Assembly: GCA_048013815.1 (NCBI GenBank)
Contig: CM106585.1
Coordinates: 1,736,001 to 1,800,000, forward strand
DNA from: Setoptus koraiensis
Taxonomy: Eukaryota > Animalia > Arthropoda
Direction of reading: 5' to 3'
Length of the DNA stretch: 64,000 nucleotides
Both the position numbers and the translations under genes were made by a program. The notes under the pieces are model-generated. The model had not been told where the DNA came from. It worked only from the letters and a program-made list of their open reading frames with translations, and made no database searches. Positions within the stretch are counted from its first letter, which is position 1, and every line of letters begins with the position of its first letter. Shown in pieces: positions 49,301 to 61,277 of this stretch.

Positions 49301-52300
49301 TCGGTTTACAAGGTCCCTGTAGCGCTCACAGCACAGTGGCTCTTGCGCGTTGCCATAATGGTCCGGCGTGAAACCCATTTTGTCCGGCATGCCGCAATGA
49401 GACGAATCCCGTTCTTTGAGCAAATTGTAGATAAATTGCAGTTTGCTTCTGCTGCAGTTCGCTTGTTCATCCAACACATCGCCACAAGTCTGTTGTGGGC
49501 CCAGCTCGGCACTGGCAACTGTCAAGTGGTCACTTTTGCTAGTGTGATTCGTATGATAATTGAGACAAATGGCGGCATAGTGAATGGGTAAACGGCCCTC
49601 GTTATCGGGGGCGCTCATAGACTGCGGATATTTGTTCAATAGGTACTCAAATATATTCAATTGTTGCTTCACTATTGTCAGATGCAATGGTGTTGCTCCA
49701 TAGTAGTCGCGACTCAATGCCAATCGTTTCTTATTCAGTATGCTCTTTAGCTGATCGAGATTTGCCTCAGAAACTAAACGGTGTATTTGTTGAACTTTGT
49801 CAATATAAGCGTGAGCTATATTGTTGAAAAAATCCATCATGCTGACGCTTATTTTGGGCTTGGCACTGTTGTTGTGTTTGAACTCGTCATCATATAAATC
49901 CAACAGATGCTGACCACGACCGGCTATAATTATGTGCTCCAATTTGTTGATATCATCCTCATATATTGCCTGTCTGATAATCCTTTGCAACTTGTTGATT
50001 GTGCTAGCCGAGCCCGGCCTAGACATTGGCAACTGCACAGACACCTGAGATTGTGGCGAGCCAACCGACCCGTCGCTGGTCCTTTGGCTGCTAGCCCGTT
50101 GATTGATGTCATCGACGCTGCTCGAGCTAATTAGTTCTCGTTTTGAATTGATTGATTCTCGTTTTGAATTGATTAATGATTCTTGTCTTGAATTTATTCG
50201 TTCTTGTTTCGAATCAATTTGTTCTTGGTTTGCATGCTGCAAATCCGCGCTAAACACCTCATCGTTGCAATTGTGCTCCTGTCTGTCGTTATCACCCACT
50301 CGCTTGTGATCATCCGTTTGATCCTGTTGGACCTCATCGTCTAGACCCAAGCCTGTCATTTCTCTCAGCAGATCGATTTCTGTGTCCATCTCTCGCTCGT
50401 TGCGACTATTTCGATCGCCCGTTTGATTTGGCGCAAATCTGGCGCTCGCATGGGCCGCTCGCTTGGACAAGAAGCCACTGTCGCTCATCACGTCGATGTT
50501 GTCATCGTTGGCACGAATCAACAAGCACCCCCCAAAGTCCGAGAATCTTCTTGAGCTTCTTTGGTTGGCCGCGAGGTTATTACTATTGTTAGTGTTGGTC
50601 CTACTGGGCGCATCTAACAACACTGCACTGTTTGCTCTCAGCCGATGGCCTGTAAGGCCCGCCGATGCCCTGCCGGCGAGACACAATCTGTTTTTATCGC
50701 TGCCCAAGACGCTTAAATTGGTGCGCGAATCCGTCAGGCCACCCTGATCAATGATGGTGAATATTGGGGCCCTGGTCTTGTTGTCGTCACTCCTATTATT
50801 GCCATTATTATCATTATTGTTGTTGTTGTTGTTGTTGTTGTCCGTTTCCTCCTCGGTGCTGGCCAGAAAATCGGGCCCGTCGTCGTCGTCGTTGACATTT
50901 GTCGTCGATGTGCTGTCGTTGGCGGCAGCAGCAGCAGCATTTTTGGTTGGTGTGATGGACTGTTTTGGTTGTTTGTTGGTTTGTTTGTCAAAACGGGCGC
51001 TATGAGGCAATAGCTTGGCCTTGGTGGATGTCATGTGAATCTCATCCGCTTTTGCCTGCTCTCGACTGAGCAAATCACTAGCGCTGGCCTCCTTTCTGGT
51101 GCCCGTTATCGGCTGCTGCTGGCTGTTGTGTGTATCAAAAAAGTAATCTCCGGCTGTGTAGCCCCTGTTATCGGTGGCCGCTGTTGAGCAACCGTATTCA
51201 ATAAGGATATTGTACAATTCTATTGATTTTATCTTGGCCGCTATATGTAGGCAAGTGTGCGCTTGTGAATCGCGCAAATGTATCATTTCAGGAAAATTGT
51301 CCAATATAAACTTGATCATATTAAGCCTGTTGTGTAAACAAGAGAAATGGGCCCCATTCATGGCGCACTGCTTGTAATGGCGTCTAATCTTAATTAAAAT
51401 TGGCTCATAAGACAATAGTTTTTTCATGCTCACGAGGTCATTTTTAAGTATAAGCTCGTGCAAGCGTTCAGTGGCCACAATTAATTTTGGAATCACCTGT
51501 TTGATATACTGTCGACAATCTAAATTCCAGCAAATGTTTCTTGCTTGTTCCACCAGATATGCGCCATATCCCTCAATGACAAGCTCATTTATTTTATCAA
51601 TACAACCGTCTCTTAGGCACCTAATTATTCTGTCCCTTATATTGCGCGGTGTTTGTTGATATTGATGCAATAATATTGATTTTTTTGCATGACGATTCGC
51701 TTTATCTTTATGGTGGCTGGCTGTATTTGCGGGTGTATCAATTACAAACTTTGTCTCTCTCTGCTGCTGCTTCCTTTCAAACATATTATCTCTGCTGATG
51801 GGCGACCTTGCCGATGTTGTGTTTGCGCTTATCATTGGGCTAGTTTTATCAGTGCCGGTATTTAGGTCGGCCATTGGACAGAGACATTGACGTTCGCGTA
51901 ACAGTGCATTCATTTGTTTGGGCAATTTCAGCGAGTGTATCCGATAATATTCGGCCGTGTGACCATCGTTGTCTTTAATACAAGGATTTATCCCTGAGCC
52001 AATCAAAAACTTTGTCAATATACGCTGCGATTCGCCATTGATACCGGCCGCATAATGAAGAGCCGTTCGGCCACACTTGTCGATTGAATTGATGCACATC
52101 GGTATCGAATGCACCAATTGTTTGCTCAATTCAATGTGACCCAAAATAACTGATTTGTGTAGGGGCAACAAGCCGTTGCTGTCCTCGCCTCTAATTAGGT
52201 GTCTATTATGTTTGTTGCATAACTTTTTCACAATAGTCTCATCACCGTTTATAATGGCCAAATGTAACTTTTCAATTGATATTGGCGACTCGTCATGGTC

Positions 52301-53710
52301 GTTGTTATCACTGTTATTTCTAACACTGTTAATACATGTGTTAACACTGCCAATTGGAGCCAATAACTGGCATTCTTCGTCCAACAGAGCAGACATTGAG
52401 GCGCTTCGTGGATTTCGTGTGGCAGATAATCGCTGCTTGTGTTTGGCCGTTTTATCTTCCATTGCAATCTGACACAAATCAATTGTCACGTTCGGATCGT
52501 TGGTGCTTGTGCTCCTGTTAGGCGATTCAAGCCTGGTGAGATCGTTGCACGATAATGACATAACATTGTGTGAATTATTCATGTTGCCGCTAATTTGTTT
52601 TTGTTTACCCATGAGATGATTTGAATTCAATGACAGCGACGACGACGACGACGACAACGACGAAGACAAAGATGGCGACTCAAACGATGGCCGTGAACAG
52701 TAGCGATGCTCTTCGTCGTAACTGTTTGACTTACAACAATTTGACATTTGCTGACTCGCCACTGGCGTGTTGGTTCTATTAGAACAGTAGCTAGGATGGT
52801 CAGTTTTTTCTTCTTGGTTGTCGGTGAGCATTTCCATTTTTAGCACGTATTCTAACGGTTGTTGTTGTTGTTGTTGTTGTTGTTGCTGGTGCTGTTGTTG
52901 TTGTAAATTGCTGTAGCGTAGTTGTTGTTGATATTGCTGTGCTGATTTCAATTTGCTTTTGCTCAGAATATTCGTCTGAAAGTTTGCATTCAATTTCCTA
53001 CTTAAATTGATTAAATTTTTCATTTGTAATTGATCGCTATGCTCTAAATAATACATTGGCGTTCTACCCTTATTATCCAATACAATGCGCACTTTGTTTT
53101 GCGCTAATAGAAATCTGTATAGATGCTTATCTTTCAATGTGGCCGCGTAATGCAATGGACTGCGACCTTGTTTATCTTGCTGATTAATCAATTGTGTACC
53201 AAAACAATCTATCAAATATTCGGCCACCTCAACATTATTGAACATAATAGCCTTATGTAATGTTGTACAACCGCATTGATCTAATGATCTCACTAATGAC
53301 TGTCGATTGTCAATTAGCATGATGAAATCTGTTAGTGAATATTTTGTGGCAGCCAAATGAATTTGTTGTATACGATCCAATAAATAGGGCAATTGATCCA
53401 AAAATTGCTGCAATTGGGGCTGATTTGACCAACGGCCAATAAGTTTATCACCGTGTCCACGTATGACCATATCTAATAGAAGTTCGGTGCTCACGACACT
53501 TGTGCTGGTGTCGTTATCATTGGGTTGTTGTCGTTTTTTGGCCAATGTTGTTGTTGTTGTTGTTGTTGCTGCTGTTGTATCATAATGGTAGTTGTGTGTA
53601 TCATCTCTAAAACTGTTGTGACCACTGTGGTGGCCTCTTGCAGTGGCCTCTGTGTCTTGGCACGACAAAACATTGTTATGATCCTTCTTTTTTGCCATTG
53701 CATTCAACAT
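46318..53710 (-). CDS. Large multi-module ankyrin-repeat protein (~2424 aa if the frameshift is corrected); segments 53710-46826, 46824-46516, exon 46398-46318
   Basis: About five ankyrin clusters (GCTTLHKA, GRSPLHYAA, GLLPLHKS, GRTALHYAA, GATPLHL, GRLPIHYAA), several preceded by a recurring 'G.G..L......F...I..IH' lead-in. The terminal intron joins AARDV|KMRTPKYY..., like the internal 'D.KGRTP.YY' motifs. Confidence 0.85.
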
Positions 53711-54017
53711 GATACTTATACTAGCAACGACTAACTATACAGGTAGCACAGCATTCAGAGACAATCAAGCAAATTGCACTTGAGCCGTACACACACAAAC
53801 ATAATAGACACATAACTGCAAACTTATTTACGTTAAATGGTTATGGTTGCTTGTTTATAAACAACAAAATAACAACAACAACAACAGCAACAGCGCCAAC
53901 AACAACAACAACACGGGCAACAACAACAGCAACAAGGCTCGATTAATGTTGACCAACGCAATTATTTTGTTTGGATATAACTTCATCTTGGTGGAGTGTG
54001 CTTTTAACCAATTGAAT

Positions 54018-54208
<191 letters not shown>

Positions 54209-57200
54209 GAAATCAAATGATTGAATTTATGAGTGGTCCAATGTAAAGTAGTTCAGGTAGTCACATTATACCAGCTATTACTACATTCAGTATTACTGTA
54301 TTACTATAACCATAATGTGTGTTACGCAATGTATAATGTGCATTATGCAATATACCGTGTGCGTTCATTTTACGTGTATGCTCATGCGCCCCACTGGCGA
54401 CCTCATTGGATTGTTGTTCTATCCTCTCATTGGCTCTCACAACAACCGACGGTCATTCATTTAGGTGGTGGCGCTATGCGGCTGCACCAACTCAACGGGG
54501 CCCGCTAACAGCACCCACACGCCACTGGGGCCACCAAACTAACTGGACGCGGGGCCAGCCAGACCCACAGTGAACTGGCTACTTAATTGCCCACTTGTAA
54601 TCGACTGGCCCCTGCAGTTAGTGACCGAGTTACCCTAGAAAGCTCCAGAAGCTTGCCAGACTCGGGCAACGTGGCACCGGCCGCCACACAACCGGCTAAA
54701 CTGACACAACCCAAATGGCTGGCACACAACTGACCTAGAGACTACATAGAGTCTAATTATATGGCTGCTGGTTCAACTGTTCGTGTTCGCTCATGGTCAG
54801 TTGATCAAAAGTGGTCGCATCGATTCGTTGTGAGCTGGCAACAAATCGAAATCGGCGAGACAGGTGAAACAAGACGCTTGTAACTTGTGTGAGCTTGCTT
54901 GCAAGTGGCGTGTTTTTAGTGACGTCCAATGTCGTTTCTGTCGAGCACAAATGGGCACAATCAGTCGGTCGCCAATTCGGTCAGTTGTTCGCCCGTGTCA
55001 CGGTCACAGAATACCTGTGGATTGATAAAGTCGCTCCTATTATTACCTGTGTATGTGAATGGTCGTGTTGCGAACGCATAACATAAATATCGTTGCAACT
55101 CTGTAGCGCCATTATGATGTCAAATAAACAAACCGAGCGGGCATCAGCTATCGCGCTGTCGCCATCGGTGTCCAATGACGCGTCGATGCGCTCAACTCAA
55201 AGGAGTCGACCAGATTAAAGGCCAGCTTATTAGGGGCAACGCCTAATTTATTTTTGGCCCCAGCCTCGCACACCGTCCAAATGCATTCATGGCCCCGCGT
55301 CGTGACACTCATTGATACAGTTATCGATTATGGCAGCCTCGAGCTTTTACAAAATCTAGCGACAGTGCGCTGAAAACAACTGGCGACTGGTGACCGGCGA
55401 CTGGCAACTGGCCTTGCCAACCGCAGACTCAATGTAGTGGGCGAGTTTCACGCGGGCTGGTGCCCATTAGCAAACAGGGCATAAAATCATCAACAACATC
55501 ATTGTCAGCCAGCGACAACATTGATGCAGCTTTTTGTCTCATCGTATAGGAAGTTGCGCTTGTTGTGCTGGCCGTTCTACGGTCTATCAATTGCGATTCA
55601 AGGCTCGCTGTCCATGCACTCTCTTGATGGCATGCACCCCCTAAAGAGGTAGAGAGAGAGAGATGATTAGATGCAAATATTCAAGAGATACCATAACAAA
55701 GGATCAGTCGCCCATTTCAAGGACAACCAACCGTGTCCGTGCACCCATCTAGCCTTGCGCACCTAGCTAGCTTGCCAAGCGCTTGCCTGGGTGAGCTATG
55801 AAATGGGCGTTATGGCCACCAAGGGTCACTTAATACTATCATTACTATACCTGCGCACACTGTCTATTGTGAACTAACTAACATCAATTAGTACTCGACT
55901 AATCTGCATAGATACACATACCAGCTATATAGCTATGTGCTGTATATATGAACGGTAGAGGGCTACGGTTGTTGTTATTGTCGTTGTTGTTTTGGGCTGT
56001 AGCTGTTTGTGGGGCCGAGGCAATTGTTTTGGTCACAGTTTTATAACGAGACCAGATATACTCTGGCAACGCACCCGGCTATATACAGCCAGCTATATAT
56101 ACAGGGTCAGTCACACAAATAAACTGTGTGCATTTGTGCCAAATTTGACTGACCACCACAATGATGCGATACACACTATTTCTCTATCAAACACAAACAC
56201 AACCATAATCATTAAATCCATCCATGCTCAAATGCCGAAATGACCAATTGAATTGTATACGACTCTATTGTGCTGCACACTTTATTCTATCCGTGGTGTC
56301 AATTAGGCCAGCTCATTTGCAAGTTCAAAGGCGCCCCAATTAATTGATCTCGCTCTCTCTCTCCCCCTCTTCCTCTCTCGCTCTCTCTTCCCCCCTTCCT
56401 CTCTCGCTCACTCTTCCCGAGTCTTGTTTTTGCTATCATTTATCGAGCCGCTATTATTCAAACTATTAATGCTATTAATACCTAGCTGAATACACTTTCT
56501 CTGCACCATTGTCGTAAAAGCCAATAAATAGTGATGATGCTGGACAAAGTTACGATAGTAAATAGTCTAAATATACCCACAATGTACAGGGCCCGCTCAT
56601 TAACTCCGAATGATCGAATAAACAAACACTTTTGTATAACCTCTAACTTTTGTATCGCCATTGGGGCCACAAAAGACACAAGAGCTAGTCCAACTGAACT
56701 TGGTATCAAGCAAAAGATAAGAACTCTTGATAACACCAGGGAACTAGAGAGATATGACTGAGCGATAACGAAAAAGTGTTCTTCTCTTCGACCAACTTTA
56801 TTGCGGTCAACATTGAACCAACTCACTATACAAATCGCTGACTATAATATATACCTCCAACAACCTCCTCTCTATATGATTGTGTTGTGATGGTCAAGTT
56901 AATATCCTATAACGTTGCTGCGTTCTCTCTCCCTCTTCCTTCGACACACTGTATATATGAATTTGTTTATATATAAAGAGAGGCCTCTACACATACAGCT
57001 AGCTCGCGGATTGATGCATGCTTATTGTTATTTGGCGTGCGAGGCTCGTAACTTTTTTTCCTAGTTCACATATTCATGTAAGCGGCACGCGCAGCAAATG
57101 CAACGACAAGCTACAACATACAAACTTAGCAACGCTATCCGAAACAATCGCATTGATTAGACCCTTGTCTTGACTCCCTAATCAAATATAATATTATGAT

Positions 57201-57550
57201 GCTTTTGTTTGCGGCGTGTACAATGTTTACCCTAGTTGTAACCAATAACATCCGAATCAATAATGATTTAGCATTGGTTTCGCTCTAGTTGCAATGTAGT
57301 CCATTTCCGATTTGGTGACAATAATAGTAGTTCTGTTGCCGCTAATTTTGTTGCCGTGACACATCCTCGTATTGGCGCCATTAATAACTTCCAAATCGAG
57401 TCAACTCGATGGAATCCGCCTGCTGATGAACGAAAATAGCCAGTACAAATTATTAAAATAAAATCCACTCCAACAGAGCCAACCATTATTTGATGTTGTT
57501 GTTTCGAAAGAGATTTGTAATTGATGGTATCAACATTAGTATCAATGTTA

Positions 57551-59095
57551 TTATTGTTTCCGCATTATTTTTGGTTTTGATTTTGGTCCCCATTCGGCAA
57601 ACGGATTTATTTGGAATCTAAGCAGGGATAGTTTCTTTGAAGCTGGCTCAGCATCAGGGTGAAGAGTGAAATCATAAGTTTTATCACTAGGCTCTTTATT
57701 CATTATGATCTCTCCGGCGGGTTGCTTTTTTCCTTTAGTGATCGCATTATTTTTAGCCCATTGTCTCATAATATCCCAGACAACCTGACTTGATGCATTC
57801 GTTTTAATGCACCCTTTACTGGCATGAGTTCCGCACGCCCTATAACCTGAGTTCAACAAAGCTGAATGTATGAATTTAAGTGGAGGAACTCGCACGTTTA
57901 TGATTGAAGATAGCCTATCTGTTTCATAATAAAATGGATCACTCGTCTCCTCTGAAACCACTTGCACTAGACCCTGAATACGTCTAAATGTACCAAATTT
58001 AGATTGTGTTTCGGGTAGGGCCAATTCTTTACTAAGTAGGTCAATAAAACTCGGACAATGCAAATTGTCTGCCCAAACGGGTCCACCTATTGTGTAGGAA
58101 TGGCCACACGTGACACATTTGTTTCCAACTAAAGCCTCTGGGGGTTGAAATTTATATTTAACGGCGGGGTTGTTCGATTTAGCTTGCTGTGGATTATCTT
58201 TAATATTGCATCGGCCCAACCTGAGTAATTCAAAAGAATCACAACCTTTACAATGGTACACTTGAGATAATTTACTGGCACTTTTTTTAGTTTCAGCTTG
58301 TTGAGTGTTCACTTGGACAAATACCCTCATGTAGAAGTCTACACTCAATGATATTAGCGGTTTGATGAAGCGTCCGTGTCTAGCAGCGTGGCTCTCCAAT
58401 GATCTTAATATTATTCGTAAGCCCATCTCATGATGGTATTTTGTACGCAAAGACATAGATCCATACCTGGCAAAACATGATTCGCTTGAATTTCCACACA
58501 AAACTGCAGTATCTGTACAAGTGACCATGAGCAGGCCAGATTCACCGATAGAACTCAATGCTGAATCTAGAAATTTAGCGGCCGATCCAAACGGATCTAT
58601 GTCGATTATATGAAATCTGTTCTCCCAAGCTCGCGACGATTCATACATCACTAGAGAAGCGTCATCGTGAGAGCATATCACTTTGTCCTCAACACCATTG
58701 CCTTTGATATTCTTTTGAATTATAGCAGCAGCGTCGGCGGATAAATCATTGGCGACAATCCTTTGAATTAGCTCCAGTTGGGGTCCTAACTCTTTGGCAT
58801 ACCGTATAGACCTAAGTCCGGTTGCTGATAGAGCATCTAATAGCTTCAGGCCTCCACGTTGCAGGACAAAACGCGAATGTTTGTTTTCCCATAGACGATA
58901 CTTGAGATATGTATTCAATATAAGCACACTCAGGTCCCGGTTGAACTCTTGTACTGGATTGTAGAATACAGTTTTTGGAACTTGCATTCTAGCCTTACCC
59001 TCCTCGATGATGGTAAAGTCGTCATCTTCCTTAGATGGGGCGTCTGAGTATTTGGATAATGTAATATCGTCATTGTCTGTATCCATTTTATCCAT
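57551..59095 (-). CDS. TRMT1: tRNA (guanine26-N2)-dimethyltransferase (514 aa, intronless)
   Basis: 'VFYNPVQEFNRDLS', 'LDALSATGLRSIRYAKE', 'IDIDPFGS', 'LMVTCTD.AVL', 'GGPVW', 'FQINP..EWGPK'. Confidence 0.97.
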   Translation of the reverse strand: MDKMDTDNDDITLSKYSDAPSKEDDDFTIIEEGKARMQVPKTVFYNPVQEFNRDLSVLILNTYLKYRLWENKHSRFVLQRGGLKLLDALSATGLRSIRYAKELGPQLELIQRIVANDLSADAAAIIQKNIKGNGVEDKVICSHDDASLVMYESSRAWENRFHIIDIDPFGSAAKFLDSALSSIGESGLLMVTCTDTAVLCGNSSESCFARYGSMSLRTKYHHEMGLRIILRSLESHAARHGRFIKPLISLSVDFYMRVFVQVNTQQAETKKSASKLSQVYHCKGCDSFELLRLGRCNIKDNPQQAKSNNPAVKYKFQPPEALVGNKCVTCGHSYTIGGPVWADNLHCPSFIDLLSKELALPETQSKFGTFRRIQGLVQVVSEETSDPFYYETDRLSSIINVRVPPLKFIHSALLNSGYRACGTHASKGCIKTNASSQVVWDIMRQWAKNNAITKGKKQPAGEIIMNKEPSDKTYDFTLHPDAEPASKKLSLLRFQINPFAEWGPKSKPKIMRKQ

Positions 59096-59292
59096 ATCGA
59101 ACTAATTACAAATTAATCACAGGTACTAAGCGAGGTCGTCATGTGTCTATCAATGTGGAATCGATCTGGCATTTAGGCACTGTCATGCGTTGCACACAAC
59201 AAAAAGCAACGCCTGACGCCACCTATCAACATTTACACGACACTAGAACAATGTGGCGCCAATACTTTGCTGCTTGAATCTGTCGCGAATCG

Positions 59293-59792
59293 NNNNNNNN
59301 NNNNNNNNNNNNNNNNNNNNNNNNNNNNNNNNNNNNNNNNNNNNNNNNNNNNNNNNNNNNNNNNNNNNNNNNNNNNNNNNNNNNNNNNNNNNNNNNNNNN
59401 NNNNNNNNNNNNNNNNNNNNNNNNNNNNNNNNNNNNNNNNNNNNNNNNNNNNNNNNNNNNNNNNNNNNNNNNNNNNNNNNNNNNNNNNNNNNNNNNNNNN
59501 NNNNNNNNNNNNNNNNNNNNNNNNNNNNNNNNNNNNNNNNNNNNNNNNNNNNNNNNNNNNNNNNNNNNNNNNNNNNNNNNNNNNNNNNNNNNNNNNNNNN
59601 NNNNNNNNNNNNNNNNNNNNNNNNNNNNNNNNNNNNNNNNNNNNNNNNNNNNNNNNNNNNNNNNNNNNNNNNNNNNNNNNNNNNNNNNNNNNNNNNNNNN
59701 NNNNNNNNNNNNNNNNNNNNNNNNNNNNNNNNNNNNNNNNNNNNNNNNNNNNNNNNNNNNNNNNNNNNNNNNNNNNNNNNNNNNNNNNNNNN
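59293..59792. other. Assembly gap (500 N)
   Basis: Run of exactly 500 N. Confidence 1.
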
Positions 59793-60585
59793 TTCGCGAC
59801 GCCAACCAACTAGGACGACCAAGAGACATTCTAGAGAACCACGCCATATAAATCGAGGCGAGGAAAGGTTACAAGATCAGAGGGGTTCCCATCGTGATGC
59901 AACTAACATCGCTACTCATGTCGAGCAACAACTTTGTATCATCACTAGGCCCCAGTGACAAGGGTCAACAAAATTGGACGAAATCTAATAGATTTAGCTG
60001 ATAACACGGCCTTGTTTTTCTGTTTTCCGAGGGACCATAATTTGGTGAAAACTTGGCTTGCTCCAAGTTCCTCGGCGGAAATTTGATCTCTTACAGGGAA
60101 AGAAGAAAATAAACGCCAGGGCCGCTGCGGTCACCGGAACAGATGCACAGTCGAATCCAGACGGTCTCCACCATTCTTTTCGGCGAAAACCCTCAAAACT
60201 CGATGATTCGGCGATGACGGTGAAGATGGTCCCCAGAATCATCACATGTTGTGATATCTCTGACTTGTGAGAACAACGTGTTCATTTGTTGTTCTGGGTA
60301 GCTTTTAAAGGGGCGACCTCTGGTGCAAGATCATCACAGTTCACCCGCCTTTAGTCTCATTTATTATTTGCCCAGCATCACGGCGCCAACATCGACTCAA
60401 AAATATCAGCGCGAGATTCGAATCATTTTTAAAGTGCAGGCTCACAAAAACATCCTCTGTTAGCATTCGAAAGACATGCTGGTGTTGATGCCAGGTTGTA
60501 TCACATGGGGAGACACGCTACAACCTCACTTAATATTTGTCATTATTTTGTAATTGTTTTGTAGTTATTCTTTAATTGGTCCGAT

Positions 60586-61275
60586 ATGGATGAATTGGAT
60601 ATAGACAGCGATGACATCTCATTATCCGAAGACTCGGACTCAGACGCCCCAGAAACTCAAGATTGGGGACCGTCCAAGAGAGACTATTATTTCACCGATT
60701 ATGTCGATCAGGATTTCCCGACAAAATTAGATCCAAAAAAGGCCAAATTAGCCGAAGAAGAAGAAAATGAGGCTTTGGTAATCCAAAAAAGAATTTTGTC
60801 TTCTTGCAACTACGATAGTCTAATGGACGATTATGTTGGTATGTGGAATATTGTTGATGACAAAACAGCGAGCGAGCCCCTGGAGTCTCTTATTTCCAAA
60901 GTACGAGAGAAGAATTCTGAGCGAAACAAACGCAGAAATTCTGAGCAAAGCAAATGTGAAAATTCCGAGCAAAGCGAATGTACAAAATTGCCGTCTAAAT
61001 CGGTGAAATTTACTCAAGACCTAGAGGAGGATTCAGCGGCTCCCGATCGACAACCTAAACGGCCAATCAACAAAGCTATGGAAAAAAATCGTGGTCTCAC
61101 GCCCTATAGGAAGAAGGCCTATCGAAATCCAAGAGTTCGGCATAGGAATAAATTCAAAAAAGCAGCCATCAAAAGGAGAAGTCTGGTACAGGAAGCACAA
61201 AAGGAATTTTCCCGATATTCTGGTGAATTAACGGGTATTAAGACATCTACAGTGAGAAGTATCAAGTTCAGTTGA
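60586..61275 (+). CDS. UTP3: Short Sas10/UTP3 SSU processome protein (229 aa)
   Basis: N-terminal 'WG..K..YY.TDY' plus 'EEENEA..IQ.R', and the C-terminal Sas10 domain 'R.IN.A.EKNRGLTP.RKK..RNPRVRHR.KF.KA......Y.GE.TGI....VRS.KF'. Confidence 0.9.
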   Translation: MDELDIDSDDISLSEDSDSDAPETQDWGPSKRDYYFTDYVDQDFPTKLDPKKAKLAEEEENEALVIQKRILSSCNYDSLMDDYVGMWNIVDDKTASEPLESLISKVREKNSERNKRRNSEQSKCENSEQSECTKLPSKSVKFTQDLEEDSAAPDRQPKRPINKAMEKNRGLTPYRKKAYRNPRVRHRNKFKKAAIKRRSLVQEAQKEFSRYSGELTGIKTSTVRSIKFS

Positions 61276-61277
61276 GG

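Noticed and set aside
59281-59800. Inverted 8-mer gtcgcgaa / ttcgcgac on either side of the gap, and the X-filled ORFs
   Set aside because: The match is too short to call TIRs and borders unknown sequence; the ORFs are artefacts of the Ns.
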